Assembly (NCBI GenBank): GCA_904420005.1
Contig: CAJFTT010000042.1
Coordinates: forward strand, 13,970-77,969
Origin: Candidatus Tabaqchalia intestinavium
Lineage (GTDB): Bacteria > Bacillota > Clostridia > Oscillospirales > CAJFTT01
Length of the DNA stretch: 64,000 nucleotides
Direction of reading: 5' to 3'
Shown: positions 9,149 to 21,620 of the stretch, piece by piece
Position numbering within the stretch: position 1 is the first letter of the stretch
Layout of the letters: each line of letters starts with the position of its first letter
Position numbers and translations under genes: made by a program
Notes under the pieces: model-generated
What the model was told of the DNA's origin: nothing
Database searches by the model: none
Seen by the model: only the letters and a program-made list of their open reading frames with translations

Positions 9149-10330
9149 TTACCGCAGCAGGGTTTCCAGCCTGGCCATGGCCTCCTGCGTATCTTCGTGG
9201 CTGGAAAAGGCGGAGAAGCGGAAATAGCCCTGCCCGCATTGCCCGAATCCTTCGCCCGGCGTACCGACGATCTGCGCCTCATGCAGCAGCTTGTCGAAGA
9301 ACGCCCAGGAATCCATATTTCCAGGGCAGCGCAGCCAGACGTAAGGGGAATTCTTTCCGCCGGTATACCAGATCCCCAGCCGATCGAGCGTGTCGGTCAT
9401 GCACCGGGCGTTGCGCTTGTAGTATTCGATGCTCTCCCGTGTCTGCGCCTGCCCTTCGGGGGTGAAAACGCCCATTGCCGCGCGCTGCACAACGTAGGAA
9501 ACGCCGTTGAACTTGGTGGTCTGCCGCCGCAGCCAAAGCCGGCGCAGCGGGGCGCCGTCAAAGACAAGCGCCTGCGGGACGATGGTATATCCGCAGCGCG
9601 TGCCCGTGAAGCCCGCCGTTTTCGACAGAGAGCAGAATTCGATCGCGCAGCGCCGCGCGCCTTCGATTTCGTAAATACTGCGTGGACTGCCGTCGGAAAC
9701 GAAGGCCTCGTACGCCGCGTCGAACAGGATCAGGCTGCGGTGCGCGAGCGCGAAGTCCACCCACGCCTGCAACTGTGCCCGGCTGTAGACCGCGCCCGTC
9801 GGATTGTTCGGCGAGCAAAGATAGATCAGATCGCCCTGCGTGTCGTCCTGCGGCAGGGGAAGGAACCCGTTTTGCTGGTTGGCTTCGAGGAAATGAATCG
9901 TCCGTCCTTCCATGATGTTGGTGTCGACATAAACAGGGTAAACCGGATCGGGAATGAGCACGGTATTGTCGCGCGAGAACAGATCGAGAATATTGCCCAG
10001 GTCACTTTTGGCTCCGTCGGAGATGAAGATCTCATCGGGATCGAGCGTGATCCCCCGGTTGGCGTAATAACCCGCGACAGCGCCGCGCAGGAAGTCATAT
10101 CCCTGTTCGGGTCCATATCCGTGGAATGTCTCGGCCCGGCCCATTTCCGCCACGGCCGCCTGCATCTGCTTGATGACAGCGGGGCAGAGGGGGCGGCTGA
10201 CATCCCCGATGCCCATACGGATGACGCGCTGCTCCGGGTGCGCGGCGGTGTATTCGCGAACCCGTTTGGCGATTTCGGAAAAAAGATAGCTCTCCTTGAG
10301 CTGCAAATAATGCTCGTTGATCTTCAGCAC
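9149..10330 (-). CDS. dapL: LL-diaminopimelate aminotransferase
   Basis: SYLFSEIAKRV, IRMGIGDV, GYGPEQGY, SDGAKSD, CSPNNPTG, SLSKTAGFTGTRCGY, RRQTTKFNG. Confidence 0.95.
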   Translation of the reverse strand: MLKINEHYLQLKESYLFSEIAKRVREYTAAHPEQRVIRMGIGDVSRPLCPAVIKQMQAAVAEMGRAETFHGYGPEQGYDFLRGAVAGYYANRGITLDPDEIFISDGAKSDLGNILDLFSRDNTVLIPDPVYPVYVDTNIMEGRTIHFLEANQQNGFLPLPQDDTQGDLIYLCSPNNPTGAVYSRAQLQAWVDFALAHRSLILFDAAYEAFVSDGSPRSIYEIEGARRCAIEFCSLSKTAGFTGTRCGYTIVPQALVFDGAPLRRLWLRRQTTKFNGVSYVVQRAAMGVFTPEGQAQTRESIEYYKRNARCMTDTLDRLGIWYTGGKNSPYVWLRCPGNMDSWAFFDKLLHEAQIVGTPGEGFGQCGQGYFRFSAFSSHEDTQEAMARLETLLR

Positions 10331-11133
10331 GGCAAATCCTCCTCTTTGTATTCTCCGTCAAATACGAACGCGGCCGGCCCGGTCATGAGCAGCTGCGTAT
10401 CGGGAAGGTACTGGATCGTCAATGGTCCGCCAAGCAGATGGACCGTTACGTCCCGATCGCACAGGCCGTTTGCCACCGCAGCGACGACGCTGGCGCAGGC
10501 CCCTGTGCCGCAGGCGAGGGTTTCGCCGCTGCCACGCTCCCAGACGCGCATTTTCAGCTGATGCCGGTCGAGGATCTCGACGAATTCCACATTGGTGCGT
10601 TCAGGGAAATTTTCATGCGTTTCGATCTGCCGCCCCGGCGTCTCGATGTCCATGTCATCCACGCCCTTTACAAACAGCACGCAGTGCGGATTGCCGACGG
10701 AAATGTCGGTGTAGCGGTATTGCACGCCGCCGGCCGTCAGCGTCGCGCCGACAGCCCGCACCTGCGGCGCGCCCATCTCCACGGAGACGGAGGTCACGAC
10801 GCCGCCCTCGAGCGTCAAATGCAGGCGTTTGATCCCGCTGCGTGTTTCCAGCGTGAGATCGGTTTTGTCGGTCAGCCCCCGCTCGAATACGTATTTCCCG
10901 ATGCAGCGGGATGCGTTGCCGCACATCTTTCCTTCGCTGCCGTCGGCGTTGAACATCCGCATGCGAAAATCCGCCACGTCGGAAGGGAGGATCAGCACGA
11001 TCCCGTCCGCTCCCACGCCAAAGTGCGGCTGCGACAGCCGCACCGAGAGCGCTTCAGGGTTTTCCGGCGCGCCCTGCATGCAGTCAAAATAAATATAATC
11101 ATTGCCGAGCCCTTGCATTTTCGTAAACTTCAT
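10324..11133 (-). CDS. dapF: Diaminopimelate epimerase
   Basis: FTKMQGLGNDY, NADGSEGKMCGNASRC, VGNPHCV, VWERGSGETLACGTGA. Confidence 0.96.
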   Translation of the reverse strand: MKFTKMQGLGNDYIYFDCMQGAPENPEALSVRLSQPHFGVGADGIVLILPSDVADFRMRMFNADGSEGKMCGNASRCIGKYVFERGLTDKTDLTLETRSGIKRLHLTLEGGVVTSVSVEMGAPQVRAVGATLTAGGVQYRYTDISVGNPHCVLFVKGVDDMDIETPGRQIETHENFPERTNVEFVEILDRHQLKMRVWERGSGETLACGTGACASVVAAVANGLCDRDVTVHLLGGPLTIQYLPDTQLLMTGPAAFVFDGEYKEEDLPC

Positions 11134-11175
11134 GGTTTTTCCTTCTCCTCCTCCGGCCTCACCTGTCTCGCAGTG

Positions 11176-12639
11176 TTAAGCGTCGCGGGAGGCCGCGTCG
11201 GTCCGCGCGCCGCGCTGACTGAGCTTCTGCTCGAATTTGTTCTTGCCTCGCCCCTGCGGAACGGCGGTGGGATACCGTCCATCGAAGCACGCGCTGCAAA
11301 ATCCCATGCAGGGCGATGTCCCCAGCAGCTCATGCAGCCGTTCCAGCGGCAGGTATCCAAGGCTGTCCGCGCCGATCATGTCGCGGATTTCCTCGACTGT
11401 GTGCTGGCAGGCGACCAGCGAGTCGCGCGAGTCGATGTCCGTGCCGTAATAGCAGGGGTTGAGAAACGGCGGGGCAGAGATGCGCACATGGATCTCACGC
11501 GCGCCGGCCTCTCGCAGCAGCCGGACGATGCGCGCGCTCGTCGTGCCGCGCACGATGGAGTCGTCGATCATCACCACGGATTTGCCCCGCACCGTTTCCT
11601 GCATGGGATTGAGCTTGATTTTGACCTTATCCTCCCGCGATGCCTGCCCCGGCGCGATGAAAGTGCGGGCAATGTACCGGTTTTTGATAAAACCGGTGCC
11701 GTAAGGAATACCTGCGGTCTGGGCGTATCCCAGCGCCGCGTCGAGCCCCGAGTCGGGGACGCCGATAACCACATCCGCCGCCACCGGATAGGTCTCGGCA
11801 AGGATCGCGCCGGCCGTTCGCCGCGCGCGGTGCACGCTGACGCCGTCCAGGACGGAATCGGGCCGGGCGAAATAAATATGCTCAAAAATGCAGGTGCGCT
11901 TTTCGCACCGGCCGCAGTGCTCGCGCAGGGAATGGACGCCGTCCTGATCGAACAGGAGAATTTCTCCCGGCTCCACATCGCGGATGAAGGCGGCGCCCAC
12001 TGCGTCGAGCGCGCAGCTTTCCGATGCGACGATATATTGTCCCGCCGGCGTGCGGCCAAAGCACAGCGGCCGAAAACCGTGCGCGTCCCGCACGGCGATC
12101 AACTTGGCCGGGGACATGATCACCAGCGAGTAAGCGCCCTCGAGGATCCGCATGGCCCGGTTGACCGCTTCTTCGATCGACGGAGCGCGCAGACGCTCCC
12201 GCGTGATGATATAAGAGATGACCTCCGTGTCGCTGGTGGTGTGGAAAATGCAGCCCTCCAGTTCCAGCGCGTCACGCAGCTGCTGGGAATTGACAAGATT
12301 GCCGTTGTGCGCGAGCGCCATGTGCCCTTTGCGGTGGTTGACGACGATGGGCTGCGCGTTGATCCGCCCGCTGCCGCCTGTGGTGCCGTATCGCACATGC
12401 CCCACCGCCATGTGTCCGCGCCCCAGCGATTGCAGCACGGCAGGCTGAAACACGTCACCGACCAGTCCGACGTCTTTATAAGCGTGAAACAGCCCGTCGT
12501 CGTTGACGACGATGCCGCAGCTTTCCTGCCCGCGATGCTGCAGCGCGTAAAGCCCGTAATAAACCGTCGACGCGACGTCCGCCTCACCTTCCGGACAGAA
12601 TACGCCGAACACGCCGCATTCCTCATGAATTTCCCGCAT
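11176..12639 (-). CDS. purF: Amidophosphoribosyltransferase (propeptide and Fe-S type)
   Basis: HEE-CGVFG Ntn Cys, LQHRGQES, GHVRYGT, CIFEHIYFARPDS, DDSIVRGTT, PCYYGTD, CSACF. Confidence 0.96.
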   Translation of the reverse strand: MREIHEECGVFGVFCPEGEADVASTVYYGLYALQHRGQESCGIVVNDDGLFHAYKDVGLVGDVFQPAVLQSLGRGHMAVGHVRYGTTGGSGRINAQPIVVNHRKGHMALAHNGNLVNSQQLRDALELEGCIFHTTSDTEVISYIITRERLRAPSIEEAVNRAMRILEGAYSLVIMSPAKLIAVRDAHGFRPLCFGRTPAGQYIVASESCALDAVGAAFIRDVEPGEILLFDQDGVHSLREHCGRCEKRTCIFEHIYFARPDSVLDGVSVHRARRTAGAILAETYPVAADVVIGVPDSGLDAALGYAQTAGIPYGTGFIKNRYIARTFIAPGQASREDKVKIKLNPMQETVRGKSVVMIDDSIVRGTTSARIVRLLREAGAREIHVRISAPPFLNPCYYGTDIDSRDSLVACQHTVEEIRDMIGADSLGYLPLERLHELLGTSPCMGFCSACFDGRYPTAVPQGRGKNKFEQKLSQRGARTDAASRDA

Positions 12640-12688
12640 ACAAACGCTCCTTCTGTGAACTCAGCTGTTGTCCCCGCATCGCCATCTT

Positions 12689-13441
12689 TCAGCTTTGCGG
12701 GAAAGCGCCGTCCTCCTCGCGGTAGCACAGGATCGGCCGGCGCTTGTGCTCGCTGCGCGCATGGAATTTCTGCAGGATGGCGCGGTTGCGTTCGGTGGTG
12801 GTGCCGTTGAGCAGATATTCGTCAATCTCGCGGTAGGTGATTCCCATTTCCGCCTCGTCCGTTTGCCCGTCGAACAGTCCGGCGGAAGGCGCTTTTTCCA
12901 GGATGGCGGCCGGCGCGCCGAGATATTCGAGAAATTCGTAGATTTCCGTCACCGTCAGGTCTGCGATAGGATTAAAGTCGCAGGCCCCGTCGCCCCATTT
13001 GGTGAAATATCCCATATATGCTTCGCTGGCGTTGCCGGTACCGGCGACAAGCCGGTTTTCCGAGGCCGCCACGGCATAAAGCGAGGCCATCCGCAGCCGG
13101 GGCGCGAGATTGGCGGTCGCGGCCGCTGTGAGCGCCGTGACGCCGGCGAGCTGCGAGAGCGCCGCGTCCCGCACCGGCGTGAGATCCATCACCCGCGTTT
13201 CGATGCCGTATTGCCGGGCGACCGCCTCGCCGTCCTGCCGGTCCTGGGTGAAATTTCGCTGCGAGAAGCAGGGGAGGATAAGCCCCACGGTGTTTTCACA
13301 CGCCTTTTTGCAGAGGATGCCGACGAGCGCGCTGTCTTTTCCGCCGCTGTTGCCGTAAACGATGCCCTGCGCACCGCTGGCTTTCAGCGCGTGCCGGATG
13401 AAATGCACCCGGTTTTCTGTTTCCTGCTTGTAGTTTCTCAT
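12689..13441 (-). CDS. nadE: NH3-dependent NAD+ synthetase (no glutaminase domain)
   Basis: SGGKDSA, NLAPRLRM, GYFTKWGDGA, KAPSAGLFDGQTDE; only 250 aa. Confidence 0.93.
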   Translation of the reverse strand: MRNYKQETENRVHFIRHALKASGAQGIVYGNSGGKDSALVGILCKKACENTVGLILPCFSQRNFTQDRQDGEAVARQYGIETRVMDLTPVRDAALSQLAGVTALTAAATANLAPRLRMASLYAVAASENRLVAGTGNASEAYMGYFTKWGDGACDFNPIADLTVTEIYEFLEYLGAPAAILEKAPSAGLFDGQTDEAEMGITYREIDEYLLNGTTTERNRAILQKFHARSEHKRRPILCYREEDGAFPQS

Positions 13442-13507
13442 GGGAAAACCCTCCTTTGGACGATGCCTGGAATCAAGCCCGGCGGAAAAAACTATGCCGG
13501 TGAGAGG

Positions 13508-16500
13508 TCATTTGGAATCGATCGTATCGACGGACGGCACGATGTCCTCCAGCACGTCGAGCAGAATGCGCGCCGTGTCGAGCGAGGTGAAAGCAGTCAC
13601 GCCGTTTTCCACTGCGCAGCGGCGGATGTACGCGCCGTCATCGGCGTGCGAGCCGGAAAAAAGCGAACGGGTATTGATGATATAGCTGACATACCCTGCG
13701 CGAATGGATTGCAGGATCTGGTCGCTGCCCTCGCTGATTTTCCCCAGCACGCGGGTTTTGATGCCGTGCTTGCGGAGGAAAGCCGCTGTACCGGCCGTGG
13801 CCTCGATGTTGAAGCCCAGGCGGTAAAACCGCTGCACAAGCGGCAGGGCCTCCTGCTTGTCCTCGTCGGCCAGCGTGACAAGCACGGTACCGTAATCGCG
13901 CACATGAATGCCCGACGCCTGCAGCGCCTTGTACAGCGCGCGGTTGAGCCGCGTGTCGTAGCCGATGGCCTCGCCCGTGGATTTCATTTCCGGGGAGAGA
14001 TAGGTGTCCATGCCGCCGAGCTTCGAGAAAGAGAAGGCCGGCGCTTTGACGTACCACCGCGGTTTCTTGCCGGCGAGGGAAAGCGCCGCGCGCTGCTCCT
14101 GCAGCGATTGCCCCAGCATGGCCCTGACCGCGATCTCCACAAGATTGCAGCCGGCTGACTTGGACAGAAACGGGACGCTGCGGGACGCGCGGGGATTGAC
14201 CTCGATGATATAGACGTTCTCGTCGCTGTCTACGATGAACTGGATATTGAACAGCCCCACGATGCCAATGCCGAGCCCCAGCTTGGTGGTGTAATCGAGG
14301 ATCGTATCCCGCACTTTCTCCGACAGGCTGAAGGGAGGATAGACGCTGATGCTGTCGCCCGAATGCACGCCGGTGCGCTCGACCAGCTCCATGATGCCCG
14401 GCACGAACACTTCCTTGCCGTCGCAGATGGCGTCGACCTCCACCTCTTTGCCGGTGACATATTTGTCGACCAGTACGGGTTTGTCGACGTCGACCTCCAC
14501 GGCGGTTTTCAGATAATGCCGGAGCATGGCGTCGTCCGCCACGATCTCCATCGCCCGGCCGCCGAGCACGAAGCTGGGCCGCACGAGCACCGGGTATCCG
14601 ATCTCCGCCGCGACGCGCAGCCCGTCCTCCATGGTGGTGACGGCCGCGCCGGTCGGATGGGGAATGCCGAGAGAAAGAATGAGGTTTTCAAATGCGTCGC
14701 GGTTCTCGGCCTTTTCGATGGCTTCGCACCCTGTGCCGATGATGCGCACGCCGCGCCGCGCCAGCGGCTCGGCCAGATTGACCGCGGTCTGTCCGCCGAG
14801 GGAAACGATGACGCCCAGCGGCTTTTCATGCTCGAGGACATTCATCACGCTTTCCACCGTCAGCGGCTCGAAATAAAGCTTATCAGCCTGCGTGTAATCG
14901 GTGGAGACCGTCTCGGGGTTGTTGTTGATGACGATGGCTTCATACCCCGCCTCACGAATGGTGCGCAGCGCATGCACGGTGGAATAGTCGAATTCCACGC
15001 CCTGGCCGATGCGGATAGGGCCCGAACCGAGCACGACGATTTTCTCCCGGTCGGTCACGACGGATTCTTCTTCCGCCTCGTAGGTCGAATAGAAATACGG
15101 TACGTAGCTCTCAAATTCCCCCGCGCAGGTGTCGATCATCTTATAGGTGGGGAAGATGCCTTCGCGCCGCCGCATGGCGAACAGATCCTCCTCCTGCAGG
15201 TTCCACAGCTGCGCGAGATACTGATCGGAAAAGCCCATCTTTTTCGCCTGACGCAGCAGCGCGATATCGCCCGGCGCAGCTTCCAGCTCTTTTTCAAAAT
15301 CGACGATATTCTTGATCTTGTCCAGGAAGAACATATCAATCTGCGTGATGTCGCAGATGCGCGAATGGTCAACGCCCAGCCACATCAGCTGCGCGATGGC
15401 GTAAAGCCGGTCGTCCGTGCCCTCTTTGATGTAGTCGAGCAGTTCGTCGACCGTCATATTTTTGCGATCGAACTTCGCGGCGTGAATGTGGCAGACGCCG
15501 GTCTCCAGCGACTGGATGGCTTTGAGAATGCTTTCCTCAAATGTGCGGCCAATAGCCATCACTTCGCCCGTCGCTTTCATCTGGGTAGAGAGGGCATTGG
15601 AGCAGTTGGTGAATTTGTCGAACGGGAAGCGCGGGATTTTTGTCACGACATAATCCAGCGCCGGCTCAAAGCAGGCCGGGGTGTTGATGAGCTGGATTTC
15701 CTCCAGGCGCATGCCCACGGCGATCTTGGCCGATACGCGGGCGATGGGATAGCCGGTGGCTTTGGAAGCCAGGGCAGAGGAGCGCGAGACGCGGGGGTTG
15801 ACCTCGATGACGTAATACTGGAACGACTGGGGATCCAGCGCGAACTGGACGTTGCAGCCGCCCTTGATGCGCAGCGCGCGGATGATGCGCAGCGCGCTGT
15901 CGCGCAGCATCTGGTATTCCTTATTGGTGAGGGTTTGGCTGGGCGCGACGACGACGGAGTCGCCGGTATGAATGCCGACGGGATCGACGTTCTCCATGTT
16001 GCACACGGTGATGGCGGTGTCGTTCGCGTCGCGGATGACTTCGTATTCGATCTCCTTATAGCCCTTGATGCTCTTTTCGATGAGCACCTGATGCACGGGG
16101 GAGAGCGCCAGCGCGTGTTTCATCATTTCCTTGAGCTCCGCGTCGTCATGCGCGAAGCCGCCGCCTGTGCCGCCCAGCGTGAAAGCGGGGCGCAGGATAA
16201 CGGGATAGCCGATTTTCTGCGCGGCGGCCAGCGCTTCCTCCACGCTGAACGTGACTTCGGACGGGATGACCGGTTCGCCGATTTGCAGGCACAGCTCCTT
16301 GAACAGGTCGCGGTCCTCCGCCTGCTCGATGCTCTCCGCGTCGGAACCGAGCAGCTCAATCTGGCATTCGTTGAGCACGCCTTTTTTCGCCAGCTGCATC
16401 GCAAGGTTGAGGCCCGTCTGCCCGCCGAGGCTCGGCACGATGGCGTCCGGCCGTTCATAACGGCAGATGCGCGCGAGATATTCCAGCGTCAGCGGCTCCA

Positions 16501-16688
16501 TATAAACCTTGTCCGCGATAGAGGTGTCCGTCATGATGGTGGCGGGATTAGAGTTGACCAGCACCACCTCGTACCCTTCCTCTTTGAGCGCCAGGCAGGC
16601 CTGGGTGCCGGCATAGTCGAATTCCGCTGCCTGGCCGATGACGATCGGCCCGGAGCCGATGACCATGATTTTGTGCAGATCCGTTCTC

Positions 16689-16696
<8 letters not shown>
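13508..16696 (-). CDS. carB: Carbamoyl-phosphate synthase large subunit
   Basis: MPKRTD...[21 protein letters not shown], two ATP-grasp halves ([21 protein letters not shown]), C-terminal MGS domain. Confidence 0.97.
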
Positions 16697-19404
<2,708 letters not shown>

Positions 19405-19989
19405 TCAGTTATTATAGGTTTTGATAATATTTTCCGCGATCTCCCTGCGCTTGACGCAGGTGTCCATCGCGCGTTTTTCAATATAGCGGTGCGCTTCCGG
19501 CTCGCTCATTTTCATGTGTTCCATCAGCAGCAGCTTGGCGCGGTTGACCAGCCGGATTTCCTCCATTTTGCTCTGCAGCGTGGAAGCTTTGGCTTCCAGC
19601 GCCCGGATTTTCTGCCGCGTGGCAACCAGGAGCTTGACGGACTGAAAAACCATCTGCCGGTTGACCGGCTTGGACAGGGTCAACACACCATAGTCTTCCA
19701 CCCGATGGCTCACGGCGTCCTGCAGCTCGGCTTTGACGAACAGGAGCACGCCGCAGCTCTGTGTCTGGGCTGTTTCCAGCGCGAACTGCACGCCGAAGTC
19801 GTCGGGCAGCGGAGAATTGATGATGAGGATATCAAACGGCCTGTCCACCAACATCCGTCTGGCTTCCCCCACAGTGTGAACGGAGAGGATCGGAGAAAAT
19901 TCCTGCGGCGGCAGAAGCTGGGTCAGCAGCGCCGTCGCTTTCTCGCCTGCAGAAACGATCAAGATGCTCATTTGACTTTTTTCCTGCAT
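19405..19989 (-). CDS. ANTAR-domain RNA-binding antiterminator with pseudo-receiver domain (NitR/AmiR-like)
   Basis: C-terminal ANTAR signature EEIRLVNRAKLLLM..MSEPEAHRYIEKRAMD...RREIAENII; N-terminal REC fold with ILIVSAG and ILIINSPLPD replacing the acidic and phospho-acceptor Asp residues. Confidence 0.9.
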   Translation of the reverse strand: MQEKSQMSILIVSAGEKATALLTQLLPPQEFSPILSVHTVGEARRMLVDRPFDILIINSPLPDDFGVQFALETAQTQSCGVLLFVKAELQDAVSHRVEDYGVLTLSKPVNRQMVFQSVKLLVATRQKIRALEAKASTLQSKMEEIRLVNRAKLLLMEHMKMSEPEAHRYIEKRAMDTCVKRREIAENIIKTYNN

Positions 19990-20028
19990 CAAGCGGGCCT
20001 CTCCTTTCGTGCGGGGTATAGGGGAACG

Positions 20029-21219
20029 TCACGCGAGAATATCCGGCATACAGCGGCGGATCAGCTCGCTTTGCCGGGCCAGCTGGAGCGCTTCCTCCAG
20101 CGTGGCGGGCAGCGTTTCCAGCGCCTGCGTGACGCCGGGACCCGCGGTGAAAAGATTCAGGTCGAGCGGCTGACAGAGCGGAAGGCGTCGGCGGATGCCG
20201 TCAAGCCCCGCGTGGATCAGCAGCGCATAGGCAAGATACGGGTTGGCGGCGGGATCCGGGGAGCGCAGCTCAAAGCGCACATATTGTCCTTTGGCTGCGG
20301 GAATGCGGATCAGCTGAGAACGGTTCTCGGAGGACCAGGTGACATATTTGGGCGCTTTCTTTTCTCCCAGCCGCAGATAGGATTCCTCCGTGGGATTGAG
20401 AAACGCAGTGATTTCGCGAATATGGCAGAGGATCCCCGCCATGAATGCGTCGGTGTCCTCTTTGCCGCGGGGGCTTTGCAGAGAAATGTTAATGTGCAGG
20501 CCGTTGCCGCTCTGCCGCTCGAGCGGCTTGGGAGAGAAGCAGGCGAAGAGGCCGTTTTGTGTGGCGATGGTTTTGACGACCGCCTGGAAGGTGACGGCGT
20601 TGTCCGCGGATGTCAGCGCGTCGCTGTAACGGAAATCGATCTCGTTCTGGCCCGGCCCTTCCTCGTGATGGGAGCTTTCCGGCTGGATCCCCATGTTTTC
20701 CAGCGTCAGGCAGATGTCGCGCCGGATGTTTTCCCCGCGGTCATCCGGCGCAATGTCCATATAGCTGGCGCTGTCAAACGGAATTTTTGTCGGGCGACCG
20801 TTCTCGTCTGTCTGGAACAAATAAAACTCAAATTCCACGCCGAACGAGCAGGAAACCTGCAGCTTTTCCGCTTCTGCGATGGCCTGCTTGAGCAAAAAAC
20901 GGCTGTCCCGGCGAAACGGCGTGCCGTCCGGGTGCCGGATGTCGCAAAACATACGAACCACGCGTCCCTGCGCGGGCCGCCAGGGAAGGACCGAAAGGGT
21001 AGAAGGGTCCGGGAAAAGAAACAGGTCGGACTTCACTTCATCCCCGAAGCCATGGATGGCGGAAGCGTCGAAAGAGATACCATGGAGAAAGGCGCGCTCC
21101 AGCTCCGCCGGCATGATGGCGATGTTTTTCTGCTTTCCCGTGAGGTCGCAGAACGCCAAACGGATGAATTTGACGTCTTCTTCCTGGCAGTAGGTCATCA
21201 CTTCGTCATAGGAATACAT
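20029..21219 (-). CDS. glnA: Glutamine synthetase type I-like protein, C-terminally truncated, catalytic flap Glu absent
   Basis: KFIRLAFCD, FDASAI, GVEFEFYLF, HHEEGPGQNEIDF, PKP...GNGLH, NRSQLIRIP, FELRSPDPAANPY; 396 aa. Confidence 0.88.
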   Translation of the reverse strand: MYSYDEVMTYCQEEDVKFIRLAFCDLTGKQKNIAIMPAELERAFLHGISFDASAIHGFGDEVKSDLFLFPDPSTLSVLPWRPAQGRVVRMFCDIRHPDGTPFRRDSRFLLKQAIAEAEKLQVSCSFGVEFEFYLFQTDENGRPTKIPFDSASYMDIAPDDRGENIRRDICLTLENMGIQPESSHHEEGPGQNEIDFRYSDALTSADNAVTFQAVVKTIATQNGLFACFSPKPLERQSGNGLHINISLQSPRGKEDTDAFMAGILCHIREITAFLNPTEESYLRLGEKKAPKYVTWSSENRSQLIRIPAAKGQYVRFELRSPDPAANPYLAYALLIHAGLDGIRRRLPLCQPLDLNLFTAGPGVTQALETLPATLEEALQLARQSELIRRCMPDILA

Positions 21220-21341
21220 GCTTTTCCTTCCTTTCTATGTTTCTATGCAGCGGCTCTATGCTGCGGCGCGAACGTCGTTCCCCTGCAAAGCGGCCGGCGC
21301 GAACCATGCCGGAACGAAGCTCCCAAGCGGCCGTGTGCAAC

Positions 21342-21409
21342 AAAAAAAGCGTCTCATATGCCGCGAGAAGAAACACTTCTCCAAAACATATGAACGCCAT
21401 TGCCCATAT
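21342..21409 (-). promoter_or_regulatory. ANTAR-target hairpin overlapping an intrinsic terminator (glnA-like operon leader)
   Basis: Minus-strand RNA AUAUGGGC-AAUGGC-GUUCAUAU; its 3' arm alternatively pairs with CAUAUGAGACGC, followed by U7. Confidence 0.75.
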
Positions 21410-21431
21410 CGAATTCCCCTATTTTCTTTTT

Positions 21432-21461
21432 ATTATATAATCTTGCACACAGGTTTGTCAA
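21432..21461 (-). promoter_or_regulatory. SigA promoter of the glnA-like/ANTAR/pyrG...dapL operon
   Basis: Minus strand TTGACA-18 bp-TATAAT. Confidence 0.8.
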
Positions 21462-21520
21462 TACCCGTTTTCGCGTTTTTTCGGTCTTGTAATCGTTTTG
21501 CGGTTGACTGCCCTCCATCC

Positions 21521-21549
21521 TTGCTATGGCCAGCTTCATGTGGTAAAAT
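21521..21549 (+). promoter_or_regulatory. SigA-type promoter of the flavodoxin/ferredoxin gene
   Basis: TTGCTA-17 bp-TAAAAT with extended -10 TG. Confidence 0.55.
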
Positions 21550-21620
21550 GACGAAAGAGCCGATCTGTGGCGATTCGCCCGGAATAAACCGGCAGCGCAC
21601 AGGAAAGGGGAGCGCAATGT

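Noticed and set aside
13449-13460. ANTAR-like hexaloop TCC-AAAGGA-GGG overlapping the nadE RBS (minus strand)
   Set aside because: Explained by the Shine-Dalgarno sequence itself; 3-bp stem, no partner hairpin or terminator.
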